Made by a program: the position numbers and the translations under genes
Shown here: piece after piece, positions 1 through 10,457 of the stretch
Numbering within the stretch: the first letter of the stretch is position 1
Layout of the letters: each line of letters opens with the position of its first letter
Notes under the pieces: model-generated
The model's input: only the letters and a program-made list of their open reading frames with translations
Databases searched by the model: none
What the model was told of the DNA's origin: nothing
Assembly (NCBI GenBank): GCA_041752695.1
Contig: JBGSVZ010000035.1
Coordinates: forward strand, 64,001-128,000
Reading direction: 5' to 3'
DNA length: 64,000 bases
Source of the DNA: Terrimicrobiaceae bacterium
GTDB taxonomy: Bacteria > Verrucomicrobiota > Verrucomicrobiia > Chthoniobacterales > Terrimicrobiaceae

Positions 1-1
1 C

Positions 2-682
2 TATGACCGCATCATCCAGAATAGTGAACCAGACCTGTACATCACTTTTGACAATGTCAAAGTGGGAGAAATTCAGGCCCAATACCTGGTGGACCATCTG
101 CCCACGCCGGGGCGCGGTCGTATCGTCCGCATCTACGGTGCCAAAACAGACAATAACGCCCTACTGCTCAAACAAGGGCAGGACAACGTATTGACTCCTT
201 TAATCGCGGCCGGGGCGATTCAGGTCATCCACGAAGATTGGGCCTCAAACTGGGATCCTCAAAACGCCAAAAAAATCATGAATGCCGCCATCACCGAGCA
301 AGGCTCCGCCGTTGATGGCATCCTGGTTTCCAATGATGGCACCGCCGGGGGCGTCATTCAGGCTCTGAAAGAGGAAGGATTGGCCGGTAAAATTCTCGTA
401 ACCGGCCAGGATGCTGATCTCGTCGCCTGCCAGCGCATCGCCGCCGGCCTGCAGACCATGACGGTGTACAAACCCGTTAAAGCTCTGGCTGAAAAGGCTG
501 CTGAACTTGCGGTCCAACTTGCTCAGGGCCGCCCTCTGATCGCCCGCGACTCTGTCAACAACGGCAAGGTAGACGTGCCCACCGTGCTGCTCGAAGTCAC
601 CGCCGTTACTCGCGATAATCTTGATACCACCGTCATCGCGGAAGGATTTCACCGTCGCGAAGACGTCTATCCGTCGCGCTGA
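2..682 (+). CDS. xylF: D-xylose-type sugar ABC transporter substrate-binding protein (5' truncated by window edge)
   Basis: The frame is open from position 2 (YDRIIQNSEPDLYITFDNVKVGE...). Motifs TDNNA, SNDGTAGG, VTGQDAD and QTMTVYKP are typical of XylF/ChvE. It lies directly upstream of an ABC ATPase and permease. Confidence 0.88.
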   Translation, partial: YDRIIQNSEPDLYITFDNVKVGEIQAQYLVDHLPTPGRGRIVRIYGAKTDNNALLLKQGQDNVLTPLIAAGAIQVIHEDWASNWDPQNAKKIMNAAITEQGSAVDGILVSNDGTAGGVIQALKEEGLAGKILVTGQDADLVACQRIAAGLQTMTVYKPVKALAEKAAELAVQLAQGRPLIARDSVNNGKVDVPTVLLEVTAVTRDNLDTTVIAEGFHRREDVYPSR

Positions 683-710
683 GGCCGCTACGTAATCGCT
701 CTCCCCTCGC

Positions 711-2213
711 ATGCCTCCCCTCTTGGAACTCCGTAAACTGACGAAGCGCTTCGGCCAAGTGACCGCGCTAAACGAGGTTTCTTTTGATTTGCACGCGGGG
801 GAAGTGCTGGCTCTGTGCGGAGAAAATGGCGCGGGCAAGTCCACGCTCATTAAATGCCTTACGGGCATTTATCCCACGAGTTCGTGCGACGGTGAAATCG
901 TCCTCGACGGGCGGCCGGTCCTGTTTCGTTCGCTCCGCGAAGGTGAGCAGACTGGCATCGTGGCTATCCATCAGGAACTTGCGCTCGTCCGGGAAATGAC
1001 CGTGGCAGAAAACATTTTTCTCGGAGCCGAGCCCACTCAACGCGGTTTGGTGGATTGGAATGCGGTCTACTCACGAACGCGCGATCTTTTGAATCGCTTC
1101 AATCTGGAACTCGATCCCTCCACCCGGGTTGAGGAACTCGGGATCGGACAGCAACAACTTGTCGAGATCGCCAAGGCTCTCTCGCGCAAGGCTCGCATTC
1201 TCCTGCTGGATGAGCCCACCGCCGCACTGGCCGAATCCGAGACTGCCCGGCTGCTGGATATCGTGCACGATCTGCGCCGGCGTGGTATTTCTTGCATCTA
1301 CATCTCCCATCGTCTTGAGGAGGTGCTCGCTTTGGCCGATCGGGTCACCGTCCTCCGGGACGGTCGTAGCGTGGCCTCCCTCACGAAACCCACGCGTCCG
1401 GAGATCGTCCGCCACATGGTCGGCCGGGATATCGAGGACTATTTTCCCCGCCGCCGCACCGATCCGGGCGAGGTTCTTCTAAAGGTGGAGAATCTGGCAG
1501 TCGCCCCTGCCCGTGCCTCTGGAAAAAATCTCGAGGGCATCAGCTTCGACGTCCGGCGCGGCGAAGTTTTCGGCATAGGCGGGCTCATGGGTTCGGGCCG
1601 CACTGAGCTGCTCATGCATTTGTTCGGAGCCTATGGGACACGCACGCACGGATCAGTCAGCCTACTCGAAAGTCCCTTTTCACCGCACTCACCCCGTGAG
1701 GCCATTGCGCGGGGACTCGCCCTCGTTTCGGAGGACCGCAAGCGTTCAGGAATCATTCCCGGTCACCCAGTCGGCTTTAACCTTTCTCTTGCCGCGATAA
1801 GCCGCCTCTGCGGTCGATGGATGATCAACGCGAATCTCGAAACTCAGGCAAATCAATCACTAATTGCGCAGTTGCGAGTGCGAACGGACGGCCAGGAAGC
1901 TGCGATCGACTCCCTATCCGGCGGCAACCAACAAAAAGTCCTCGTCGGTCGGGCCCTTCTCACGGAACCCGACCTTATCCTTTTCGACGAACCTACGCGC
2001 GGCGTGGATGTCGGTGCCAAAGTGGAAATTTACGAGATTATCAATTATCTCACCTCCATTGGCAAAGCAGTGCTGCTGGTTTCGAGCGAATTACCGGAAT
2101 TGATGGGCATGAGTGACCAAATTCTCATTCTCGCAAACGGTCGATCCGGCGGCACCTTTCACAGTAACGAAGCGCGGCAGGAAAGTCTGCTTGAAGCCGC
2201 GCTCAGCCAATAA
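711..2213 (+). CDS. xylG: Sugar ABC transporter ATP-binding protein (tandem ABC domains, CUT2 family)
   Basis: Walker A GENGAGKST, LLLDEPT, second-domain signature LSGGNQQK and FDEPTRGVDVGAK. Confidence 0.9.
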   Translation: MPPLLELRKLTKRFGQVTALNEVSFDLHAGEVLALCGENGAGKSTLIKCLTGIYPTSSCDGEIVLDGRPVLFRSLREGEQTGIVAIHQELALVREMTVAENIFLGAEPTQRGLVDWNAVYSRTRDLLNRFNLELDPSTRVEELGIGQQQLVEIAKALSRKARILLLDEPTAALAESETARLLDIVHDLRRRGISCIYISHRLEEVLALADRVTVLRDGRSVASLTKPTRPEIVRHMVGRDIEDYFPRRRTDPGEVLLKVENLAVAPARASGKNLEGISFDVRRGEVFGIGGLMGSGRTELLMHLFGAYGTRTHGSVSLLESPFSPHSPREAIARGLALVSEDRKRSGIIPGHPVGFNLSLAAISRLCGRWMINANLETQANQSLIAQLRVRTDGQEAAIDSLSGGNQQKVLVGRALLTEPDLILFDEPTRGVDVGAKVEIYEIINYLTSIGKAVLLVSSELPELMGMSDQILILANGRSGGTFHSNEARQESLLEAALSQ

Positions 2214-2222
2214 TTTCTCATC

Positions 2223-3362
2223 GTGAAAACCAAACTCTCTCTTCGCGATTTTTCCATGGTTATCGCCCTCGCGGCGATCTGGATATTTTTCGCCAGCCAG
2301 TCCGGGAACTTTCTAAGTGCACGCAATTTGTCGATGCTCGCAGTGGAGCTCGCGATCACGGCCACGCTAGCCCTCGGAATGCTGCTGGTCCTGCTGCCGG
2401 GTCACATCGACTTGTCCGTCGGTAGTGGTGTGGGACTCATCGGCGGGATCGCCGCCGTACTGATTTTTCAATACGCCTGGCCCGCGCCACTTGCTTTGTT
2501 GGCGGGACTCATCGTAGCCCTGGTGCTCTGGGCGCTGATGAGCACACTTATTGTTCGGCAGCGTGTCCCGTCTTTCATTATCACCCTCGGTGGACTGCTG
2601 GTTTTCAAAGGACTTTTTTGGCTTATCATTCAGAACTCTACGGTTCCCGTTGCGCGCGGTAGCGAAGGGAATCTCTATTCCCTGCTCACCACCTATTCGT
2701 TGCCACAGTGGGCGGGCTTCCTGGTCGGAACTTTTATCTGTGGAATACTTGTACTCACGTGGATACGCGACCGTGCAGCACGGCGGCGGCACGGATTTCC
2801 CGTCGAAGATGCTGAAATCTCGTTTCTCAAAACGTTTCTAATAATTCAAGGAATTCTCCTCGTCCTGATCGTGCTTAATAGTTTTCGTGGTGTGCCGCTA
2901 TGCCTCTTGGTTTTAGTCGTTATCGCCGTTTTGATTCATTTACTCACGCGCCATACTCCATTTGGTCGGCACCTGTATGCGATTGGCGGCAACGAAGAAG
3001 CTGCTCACCTTGCGGGCATCCCGGTTGCCCGGGTCATCACAACAGCTTACATTTTGCTCGGCGCCGTCGTCGCCCTCACCGGTTTCATGCAGACTTCGTA
3101 CCAAGGAGCTGCCACTACCACCGTGGGAGAACTGATGGAACTCGACGCCATCGCCGCTTGCGTGATCGGCGGCACCAGTTTGCGCGGAGGTCGCGGCACC
3201 GTAACCGGAGTGCTCTTCGGGGCTCTTATCATGGCCAGCCTACTGAATGGAATGACGCTGCTGGCCGTGCCTCCCGAAATGAAACTAATCGCGCGAGGCA
3301 CTGTTCTAGTGCTCGCCGTCTGGTTGGACACCGCTTTGAACCGCCATAAGATATTCAGATAG
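2223..3362 (+). CDS. xylH: Sugar ABC transporter permease
   Basis: Multiple hydrophobic helices; motifs IDLSVGS, GRHLYAIGGN and ELDAIAACVIGGTSLRGG. Confidence 0.88.
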   Translation: MKTKLSLRDFSMVIALAAIWIFFASQSGNFLSARNLSMLAVELAITATLALGMLLVLLPGHIDLSVGSGVGLIGGIAAVLIFQYAWPAPLALLAGLIVALVLWALMSTLIVRQRVPSFIITLGGLLVFKGLFWLIIQNSTVPVARGSEGNLYSLLTTYSLPQWAGFLVGTFICGILVLTWIRDRAARRRHGFPVEDAEISFLKTFLIIQGILLVLIVLNSFRGVPLCLLVLVVIAVLIHLLTRHTPFGRHLYAIGGNEEAAHLAGIPVARVITTAYILLGAVVALTGFMQTSYQGAATTTVGELMELDAIAACVIGGTSLRGGRGTVTGVLFGALIMASLLNGMTLLAVPPEMKLIARGTVLVLAVWLDTALNRHKIFR

Positions 3363-3620
3363 AACGGTAGGAGCGCCAAAGGAATCGTTTCATTTTCAAT
3401 CAACCGGTATGAGCTTGCAGATAGCCAGAATACGAGTCAGAGGCCACGGTCTAAGAGGAGGGTCTCTGACTCTACACTCGACCTCTTCACTTTTTCGGGG
3501 GACTTCCATTTGGCACTTCCCTCGATTGGGACGACATCCTCCACGGAATAGAATAACCGTTCCCTGATCGAAGGACAAAACTGAAAATTCGAGAACAAAG
3601 GTCTGATTTCATTACGAAAG

Positions 3621-4817
3621 ATGCAGAAAATTCCCAAATCGCTTACAAAGCGGGTCGCACTTATTTTTGATGCACGTCTGCCATACGATTCCCAAGTGGT
3701 TCTAGGAGTGGCCGCGTTTGTTCGGGAACGCCGCGACTGGGAAATTTTCATCGAGGAAAATCCGCTCGGAAACCGTCGACTGCCGGACGTTGCCGCATGG
3801 CCCGGCAGCGGCATCATCGCGAACTTTGACCACCCCGGCGTCGAGCGGCAGGTCCGGGCCTCTGGTCTGCCCGTGGTCGGCTTCGGGGGATCTGGCATTG
3901 CACCGGGCTTGAGCTACGTGTCAACCAACAACGAAGCCATCTCCCGACTCGCCGCCCAGCACCTGCTGGAACGCGGTTTTAGGGATTTTGCATTTTTTGG
4001 ATATACTCCAACCTCAAAAAATTGCTGGTCCCTCGCCCGCGAAATGGCTTTCTCCCGCGAAATCGAAGCGGCAAGCGGAACGTGCGACATCCTTCGCCTG
4101 CCTGCCGACGCCATGCTTCACTGGGACCATTTTGTCGAAAACATTCTTCGATGGCTTGGGACCCTGCCGAAGCCGATCGGCATTTTTGCCGCCACCGACC
4201 GCCGAGCCCAATCGCTCCTTGCCGCCTGCCGGATCGGCAGCGTACGCGTTCCCGAAGATGTGGCAGTCATCGGGGTGGACAACGATCCGCTGCTTTGCGA
4301 GTTGAGCTACCCGCCGCTCTCCAGCATCGAGCAGGGCGCACGGGATGTCGGCTACCGCGCAGCAAAACTGCTCCACAGCCTCATGTCCGCCCGAGTCCTT
4401 CGTCCGCGCCAATTTGTGATCGAACCCGTTGGGGTCGTCGCCAGAGCTTCCACCGAAATCCTCGCTGTGGATGACGCAGATGCCGCACGTGCGCTTCAGA
4501 TTATCCGGCAGGGAGCCTGCGAGGGGCTGACCCCGGAGAAGGTATGCCAATTGGTCGGGCGGTCGCGCAGCAGCCTCGAAGCCCGCTTCAGGGAATGTTT
4601 TCATTCCACGCTCGCCGCTAAAATCATGGATACGCGGTTTGATCGCGCCCGTGAGATGGTCATCCACTCAAAATCGCCACTCAAGTCTGTTGCCGATGAG
4701 TGCGGTCTGAGCAGCGTCCAGCACATGACAGCTCTTTTCCGCAAGCGCCTAGGGCATACGCCTGCCGAACTCCGAAAGAACTACCATCCGGAAGCCCAGC
4801 ATCACAAGCTCGTGTAA
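3621..4817 (+). CDS. xylR: XylR-type regulator (periplasmic-binding-protein-like sensor + C-terminal AraC HTH)
   Basis: VPEDVAVIGVDND and PPLSSIEQ in the sensor domain; C-terminal AraC HTH (VADECGLSS...FRKRLGHTPAELR). It follows xylFGH. Confidence 0.85.
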   Translation: MQKIPKSLTKRVALIFDARLPYDSQVVLGVAAFVRERRDWEIFIEENPLGNRRLPDVAAWPGSGIIANFDHPGVERQVRASGLPVVGFGGSGIAPGLSYVSTNNEAISRLAAQHLLERGFRDFAFFGYTPTSKNCWSLAREMAFSREIEAASGTCDILRLPADAMLHWDHFVENILRWLGTLPKPIGIFAATDRRAQSLLAACRIGSVRVPEDVAVIGVDNDPLLCELSYPPLSSIEQGARDVGYRAAKLLHSLMSARVLRPRQFVIEPVGVVARASTEILAVDDADAARALQIIRQGACEGLTPEKVCQLVGRSRSSLEARFRECFHSTLAAKIMDTRFDRAREMVIHSKSPLKSVADECGLSSVQHMTALFRKRLGHTPAELRKNYHPEAQHHKLV

Positions 4818-4936
4818 AAGATTTGCAAACTGGTGTAAATGCGGAGTCTTGATCCCCTTCTGGTCCTCGTTGATTGTAAGTAGAAGCCGAAATAAATCGG
4901 CATCGTCTAAATCAACCCCAGCAACAAATATTTCCT

Positions 4937-5995
4937 ATGAAAATCAACGCCAAAAGAATCGCATGCCTTCTCGTGTTTGCCGGATCGGTCGCCGCGCAGG
5001 CGGCGGCCCCAACGCTCGACCAAATGGCTTTCAACCCGCCTTGGGACCGGACTGTACTTGACACGAGCACAACATACACCTCAATCAGTGGCGATGGTGG
5101 CCAGCAAAATCAAGTCTACGCCGCCGGAGCATCGGGCGGACTCGTAGCATGGGGCTTCAATAAAGACTGGAGCCCAGGAGCATGGGGAACCTCACTCGTC
5201 GCTGGCACTGGAACCACTTTCACCGCGCTTACCCGCGATGCGTCCAGGTCCAATATTGTCTTTGGTGCTCTAAGCACTGGCGGGATTGTCCAGTACGAGT
5301 GGGATGTCAATACTTTTGCTTGGAACGCCAACGTGATTGACAACTCCGCCCGCGTTTACTCGTCGCTCACTTACGACAGCACAAATCAAAACAGAATTTA
5401 CGGGGCTTCAAGCGACGGGGTATACGAAGCGATGTATTCCAGTGGCTGGCAGGTGAATTCGCTGACTTCCAATGTTTATACGCAGTTGGCCTCCAACGGG
5501 ACCTCAGAGGGACTAAAGTTTTACGGGCTCAACGCTTCGGGCGGCATTGACCAGATCTATTTCTCCGGCGCATGGCTTGTCTCTACGGTTGATAACACCA
5601 ATACTTACACCACGATTGTCGGTGATGCGGTGGGAACCAATAAGGTTTATGGTGCGCTGAGCGGAGGCGGAATTAACCAAGTTGAATACACCGGCGCTTG
5701 GACTATAAACAATATCGTTGGCTCAGGTGACTACACCGCACTCGCCAACCGCGACCAAACCGCAAATAATATTTACGGTTCAACCACTACGGGAGATTTC
5801 AACGAAATTGCGTTCACCAGCGGATGGTCCTCAACCACACTTTTTACCGGTCAGACCTACGATGCACTGATCTCCGATGGCGCACGTGACCCCGCGATAT
5901 TCGGCACGGCTGTCCCCGAGCCTTCAACCGCATTGTTGGCGTCCCTCGGCCTTGCATCAGTAATGGCCATGCGCCGCCGCTCTCGTACCGTATAA
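4937..5995 (+). CDS. PEP-CTERM surface protein with ~42-aa Trp-ending repeats (probable beta-propeller)
   Basis: Signal peptide, six full plus one partial internal repeats, and C-terminal VPEPSTALLASLGLASVMAMRRRSR. Confidence 0.9.
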   Translation: MKINAKRIACLLVFAGSVAAQAAAPTLDQMAFNPPWDRTVLDTSTTYTSISGDGGQQNQVYAAGASGGLVAWGFNKDWSPGAWGTSLVAGTGTTFTALTRDASRSNIVFGALSTGGIVQYEWDVNTFAWNANVIDNSARVYSSLTYDSTNQNRIYGASSDGVYEAMYSSGWQVNSLTSNVYTQLASNGTSEGLKFYGLNASGGIDQIYFSGAWLVSTVDNTNTYTTIVGDAVGTNKVYGALSGGGINQVEYTGAWTINNIVGSGDYTALANRDQTANNIYGSTTTGDFNEIAFTSGWSSTTLFTGQTYDALISDGARDPAIFGTAVPEPSTALLASLGLASVMAMRRRSRTV

Positions 5996-6020
5996 TAAAT
6001 CTAAGCCAAACCGGAACCGG

Positions 6021-6052
6021 ACGGCGGCTCCTCTTGGAGCCGCCGTTTTGTT
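6021..6052 (+). terminator. Rho-independent terminator
   Basis: Perfect 11-bp stem ACGGCGGCTCC-TCTT-GGAGCCGCCGT followed by TTTGTT, about 25 nt after the PEP-CTERM gene stop. Confidence 0.85.
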
Positions 6053-6309
6053 AGGATTTTGAAAGCTGGCTCCGTTCAAGCACCGAGAGGCAAGATCGCA
6101 AAAAGCTTTTCCACCATGATGTCAAGTCATGCTCTTGACGAGCTAAGCTCACGCCCAGATATCTTTCAGTACCGACTAATCTCTGTTCCCCCTCAAGGTT
6201 ACCTCAAATCAGCAGCACCAAATCAACCAACTCATGCCGTGTCGTCATAGTCGGAGAAACCGCTTCGATTTTGGTGGCTTTTTTCTCACATATACCCACT
6301 CACGCTCAC

Positions 6310-9300
6310 ATGAAATATATCAACAAACTCGTATTTCTCGCCGTATTTGCCGCCGTTTCATCTGTTATGGCTGACGAAGGGTGGTCGTTACCGGATGATT
6401 TTGATTCCCTCAAAAAATCCGGCAGCCCGTGGAGCGCCGGACGGGCAGACATTGACACTTATGAAACCTTTAGCGCATTCACGGATCTTCAGGATAACAA
6501 TCAATGGAGAATGTGGAGCTTCGGGGACGAGAAGCTATGGGAAAACGGGCTTGTGTGGCTGGCAAATGCGCCCGCTTTTGGAACTGAGCCAGGGGAGATG
6601 GCGATCCACCCGGGAGACTCTCCAGACAAAGCGACCGCGATTCGATGGGTTGCCCCGCATGGCACGGGAAAAACCGCCTACCACGTGACCGGCTTGTTTC
6701 GCACCCTAAACAATGTCGGCGACCGTGACGTTATCATCCGGCTTGGGAAACAAAGCCTCTTGGACCTTCGGGCGATCACGGAAGATCAAAAATTTGATTT
6801 GGAATTTACCGCGGCTGGCGGTGAGGCGCTGGATTTTATTGTCGGCAGCGGTGAGTCCTGGACAAACGAGGCGACCGGCTTTGCGGTCAGTATCACGAAA
6901 AAATCGACCGCAAGTGGAGCCAAAGCGAAGCAGGGTCATGCTACGGTACCTCCGCTGGAGAAAGCCACAAGACAAGAGGTCACCCCCAAAAAGACAGCTG
7001 ACTTGCCCCCATCCAGATCGGTTGCCTCTGAAAAAAACAATGAAAATTCCGTATGGCCAGTGCGCTTCCCGCGTGAGTTCGCGCCCATTCCCGGCATTGT
7101 CGTTCCCATGGAAGATCCGCTTCGTCTGGAGCTGTGCCTGAACGGGCGCTGGCAGTTTCAGCCAGTGCTCACGCCAGCGGGGTGGACGGCCGGCAAGGAC
7201 GCTCCACCCCCACTGCCGGAGCCAGCGGCAGATGGCTGGGACGCCGTTCCGATCAAGATTCCGTCGCCATGGAACATGAACGCGTTCGATTCGTTCGGGG
7301 CGAGTGACGGTGCCGATTTCCGGAGTTTTCCGAGTTATCCGGCGGCTTGGGAGAAGGTGGAAATGGCTTGGATAAGGCGGGAGTTTAATGTGCCGAAAGA
7401 CTGGGGAGATCGGCGGATTGTCATTCGTTTCCAAGCAGTCTCGGGAGATTGTGAAGTGAGGGTCAACGGGAAAGTGGTGGCCCGCAATTCCGACAAGTTC
7501 CTGCCCTTCGACGTGGACGTGACCGAGGCCGTAAGGACAGAAGCGCCAAATGAGCTGCTTGTCGGCGTGCGAGCGATGCGATTTTTTGATCTTCCCGGGC
7601 GCTTCGGCGTGTTCACCCATCCGACCGGGGCATGGTGGACCGGAGAAAATGGCGCGCCGGGCATCTTTGGTATTTGGCAGGACGTCTTCTTACTGGGTTT
7701 ACCTCCCCTGAGGGCAGAGGCCGTTTTCGTCCAGCCGCTGCTCACGGAGGACCTGCTTCGCGCAGAAATCGAGCTACGGAACCAGACTTCAGCAGCCAGT
7801 GACGTGAGTGTGGAGGCGAAGATTGTGCCTTGGATTCCCTCCACTGAAACCGATCCGCTGAAGGCTCCCGAACGTCGTGGGGAATTTGGCGACAAGCCGG
7901 TGCTCACCTTCTCACATACTGCTTCCGTGCACCTCGAACCGGGCTCCAAAGCCTCCTTGCGGCTTGATCAGACAATCGGTGGAAAACTCGCCCTCTGGAG
8001 TCCGGATTCTCCGAACCTCTACGGGCTCGTGATCGAGGTCAAGTCCGGTGGCAAGGTCGTTGACCGGAAGATGACGCGTTTCGGTTGGCGGCAATTCGGT
8101 TTCGACCAAGACCAACGGTTCACCCTGAATGGCCAGCCGATGCGGCTAAACATTGAGCTGTGTCACTTTTTCGGCGTGGCCCATCTCAGCCCGCGCCATG
8201 CCATGGCCTGGTATGACATGCTCAAGGACTGCAACATCAATGCTGTCCGCCTCCACGCCATGCCATATCCACAGTTCTATCTCGACCTTGCCGATGAAAT
8301 GGGAATTCTCGTTCATGGTGAAACCGCCATTTACGGCAGCCATGCGAATTTCAACCTGGATGCGCCGGTCACATGGGAACGCTTCGCCGATCACCTCGAA
8401 CGCATGGTGCGGCGCGACCGCAACCACGCCTCCGTATTTGGCTGGAGTGTGGAAAACGAAATCCTCAACGCGCTCAAAATCAAGACCCAAGACAAAAAAG
8501 ACCACGATGCAGCGCGCGACCGCTTTGCGCCACTTGTGGAAAGTGTCCGCCAACTCGACCCGACCCGTCCATGGATTTCCTCGGATGGGGGGCATGAATG
8601 GGCCGACATCTATCCCGTTGTGCTTGCTCACTACGGCCCAGGGACGGACTACTACCGCAACTATGAGCGCACGGGAAAACCGTGGGGTGTGACCGAGGCC
8701 ACCTACCTGTGGGGCCGGATGCCCTCGGAGGTCAGCAGATACAACGGAGAACGTGCTTACGAAAGCTGGCAGGGGAGGGTTGAGGGGATGGCGTTCGAGG
8801 TGTGGGATGAATTGGTGGAGAAGCAAATCAAGCCGTTCCCCAATATTAGCGTGGTTTCGGTTTACGATGTCACCTACTACGGCCTCTGGCCTCAGCCCTT
8901 CGGCCTGGCAATCCTCACGAAGGCCCCTACCCTTGAGGATGGGGTCCATTTCACCTCACCCTACGTTGAAGGAAAGCCCGGCATGCAGCCGGAACGCCTC
9001 GGACCCTATTCGACAATGTTGAATCCAGGCTACGATCCGGGTCTACCTGTCTATCAACCATCGCCGGTCTTCGATGCCGCGCGCGCAGCCTATGCTGAGA
9101 AGCGTCCACAAGACTTCCCGCGCCGTTTGTTCGAAAAACCAGAGGTAGCGGTCCAACCCGGGCCACCGCCACCGTTGGTGAATGCCGGCAGAATCATGCG
9201 CGTGGCATTTGTTGGCGACGTCTCGAGCGAACTTTTCAAGTCGCTCGAGAAAGCGGGTGTACCCTTGGATTTGGACCCCGCCACCTCAGCCCCCGTGCTG

Positions 9301-10437
9301 GTGGTGGACGCTGTGAGTCTGACCGAGCCAGCTCCTACTGTCCGCAAAAAGATCGACAGTGTGCTCGCCAAAGGTGGCACAGCACTGGTCTGGGGTCTGA
9401 AACCGGAAACACTTGCCACTGTCAACGAGTTGTTGCCCGGTGCTGTCCGCCTCTCCCCCCGCCCGGCCAGCTCGCTTATTCCAGTCGGGAACAATACGCT
9501 GACCGCAGCGCTGCCGCCGAGCAGGTGCTACTTCAGCGAGGCTCCTGAAGGGCGAATTGTGATGCAGCATGCGATGGCAGGCCCGTTGGTGGAAAAAGGT
9601 CGCACGGTTCTGCGGGCGGCAGATATCAATTGGCAACTTTGGCGCGACCGTTTTGAACCCATCAAGGTTGCTTCCGTGATCCGATCTGAGCGCGAGGCGA
9701 AGCCTCCCGCCGCTGCACTAGTGGAGATTCCTGCTGGCAAAGGTCGCCTGCTCCTGAGCAGCCTGGAGTCCGCCGCCCCCACAGCGGCCCATGTCGAGTT
9801 CTTCCGTGCCCTTTTTATCGGCATGGGAGTCGGCCTGCTGGAGCCCAAAGCCATGTCTGGGGGAATTTTGAATTCGGAGGGTTTCTTGATGAAGGCTCTT
9901 GTGGCAGGCCCCTTCGAGGCGGCAAGCTATGAAGAGGCACTTGATCAAACTTTTCTTAGTAAGGAAAGCCTCGCCGACCCGAAGGCCGGAGAACCCGCAG
10001 GAAAAAGCTCCTGGAAGGAAATACAGGCATCCCCCTCCGGTATCTTTGAATTTAATCTTTTGAACAATGATGCCGAGGCACCCAATCAAGCGCTGTATTT
10101 GAGCTTTTGGCTTTTCAGTCCACGCTCGGACAATCTTCTCGAAGGCGGAGTGCTACTCGATCATTCCCAAGGTGCCAAAGTCGATCTTTTCGCGGGAAGC
10201 GATGACGGAACGAAAATCTGGCTAAACGGCACAGCTGTCCTTGAAAATCGCGGTAAGAACCCACTACAAGCCGAACAATACAAGCTCACAGGACTCTCCC
10301 TGAACAAAGGTTGGAATCACTTCCTCGTCCGGGTTGTTAACGACCGGGGAGCCTGGCAATTCCAAGCGCGCCTTGCGTGCCGGTATCCCACGCTCGCACC
10401 GTTGCTGCGGACGGAACTGTCTCGGCCCACACCATAG
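6310..10437 (+). CDS. Secreted multidomain glycoside hydrolase family 2
   Basis: Start chosen at MKYINKLVFLAVFAAVSSVMA (signal peptide). GH2 motifs LNGRWQF, GIWQDVFL, LWSPDSPNLY, RRDRNHASVFGWSVENE (acid/base) and GVTEA (likely nucleophile). Extra N-terminal domain and a C-terminal GSDDGTKIWLNG...LNKGWNHFLV beta-sandwich. Confidence 0.85.
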   Translation: MKYINKLVFLAVFAAVSSVMADEGWSLPDDFDSLKKSGSPWSAGRADIDTYETFSAFTDLQDNNQWRMWSFGDEKLWENGLVWLANAPAFGTEPGEMAIHPGDSPDKATAIRWVAPHGTGKTAYHVTGLFRTLNNVGDRDVIIRLGKQSLLDLRAITEDQKFDLEFTAAGGEALDFIVGSGESWTNEATGFAVSITKKSTASGAKAKQGHATVPPLEKATRQEVTPKKTADLPPSRSVASEKNNENSVWPVRFPREFAPIPGIVVPMEDPLRLELCLNGRWQFQPVLTPAGWTAGKDAPPPLPEPAADGWDAVPIKIPSPWNMNAFDSFGASDGADFRSFPSYPAAWEKVEMAWIRREFNVPKDWGDRRIVIRFQAVSGDCEVRVNGKVVARNSDKFLPFDVDVTEAVRTEAPNELLVGVRAMRFFDLPGRFGVFTHPTGAWWTGENGAPGIFGIWQDVFLLGLPPLRAEAVFVQPLLTEDLLRAEIELRNQTSAASDVSVEAKIVPWIPSTETDPLKAPERRGEFGDKPVLTFSHTASVHLEPGSKASLRLDQTIGGKLALWSPDSPNLYGLVIEVKSGGKVVDRKMTRFGWRQFGFDQDQRFTLNGQPMRLNIELCHFFGVAHLSPRHAMAWYDMLKDCNINAVRLHAMPYPQFYLDLADEMGILVHGETAIYGSHANFNLDAPVTWERFADHLERMVRRDRNHASVFGWSVENEILNALKIKTQDKKDHDAARDRFAPLVESVRQLDPTRPWISSDGGHEWADIYPVVLAHYGPGTDYYRNYERTGKPWGVTEATYLWGRMPSEVSRYNGERAYESWQGRVEGMAFEVWDELVEKQIKPFPNISVVSVYDVTYYGLWPQPFGLAILTKAPTLEDGVHFTSPYVEGKPGMQPERLGPYSTMLNPGYDPGLPVYQPSPVFDAARAAYAEKRPQDFPRRLFEKPEVAVQPGPPPPLVNAGRIMRVAFVGDVSSELFKSLEKAGVPLDLDPATSAPVLVVDAVSLTEPAPTVRKKIDSVLAKGGTALVWGLKPETLATVNELLPGAVRLSPRPASSLIPVGNNTLTAALPPSRCYFSEAPEGRIVMQHAMAGPLVEKGRTVLRAADINWQLWRDRFEPIKVASVIRSEREAKPPAAALVEIPAGKGRLLLSSLESAAPTAAHVEFFRALFIGMGVGLLEPKAMSGGILNSEGFLMKALVAGPFEAASYEEALDQTFLSKESLADPKAGEPAGKSSWKEIQASPSGIFEFNLLNNDAEAPNQALYLSFWLFSPRSDNLLEGGVLLDHSQGAKVDLFAGSDDGTKIWLNGTAVLENRGKNPLQAEQYKLTGLSLNKGWNHFLVRVVNDRGAWQFQARLACRYPTLAPLLRTELSRPTP

Positions 10438-10457
10438 GCGAAAGCAAACATCCCCAC

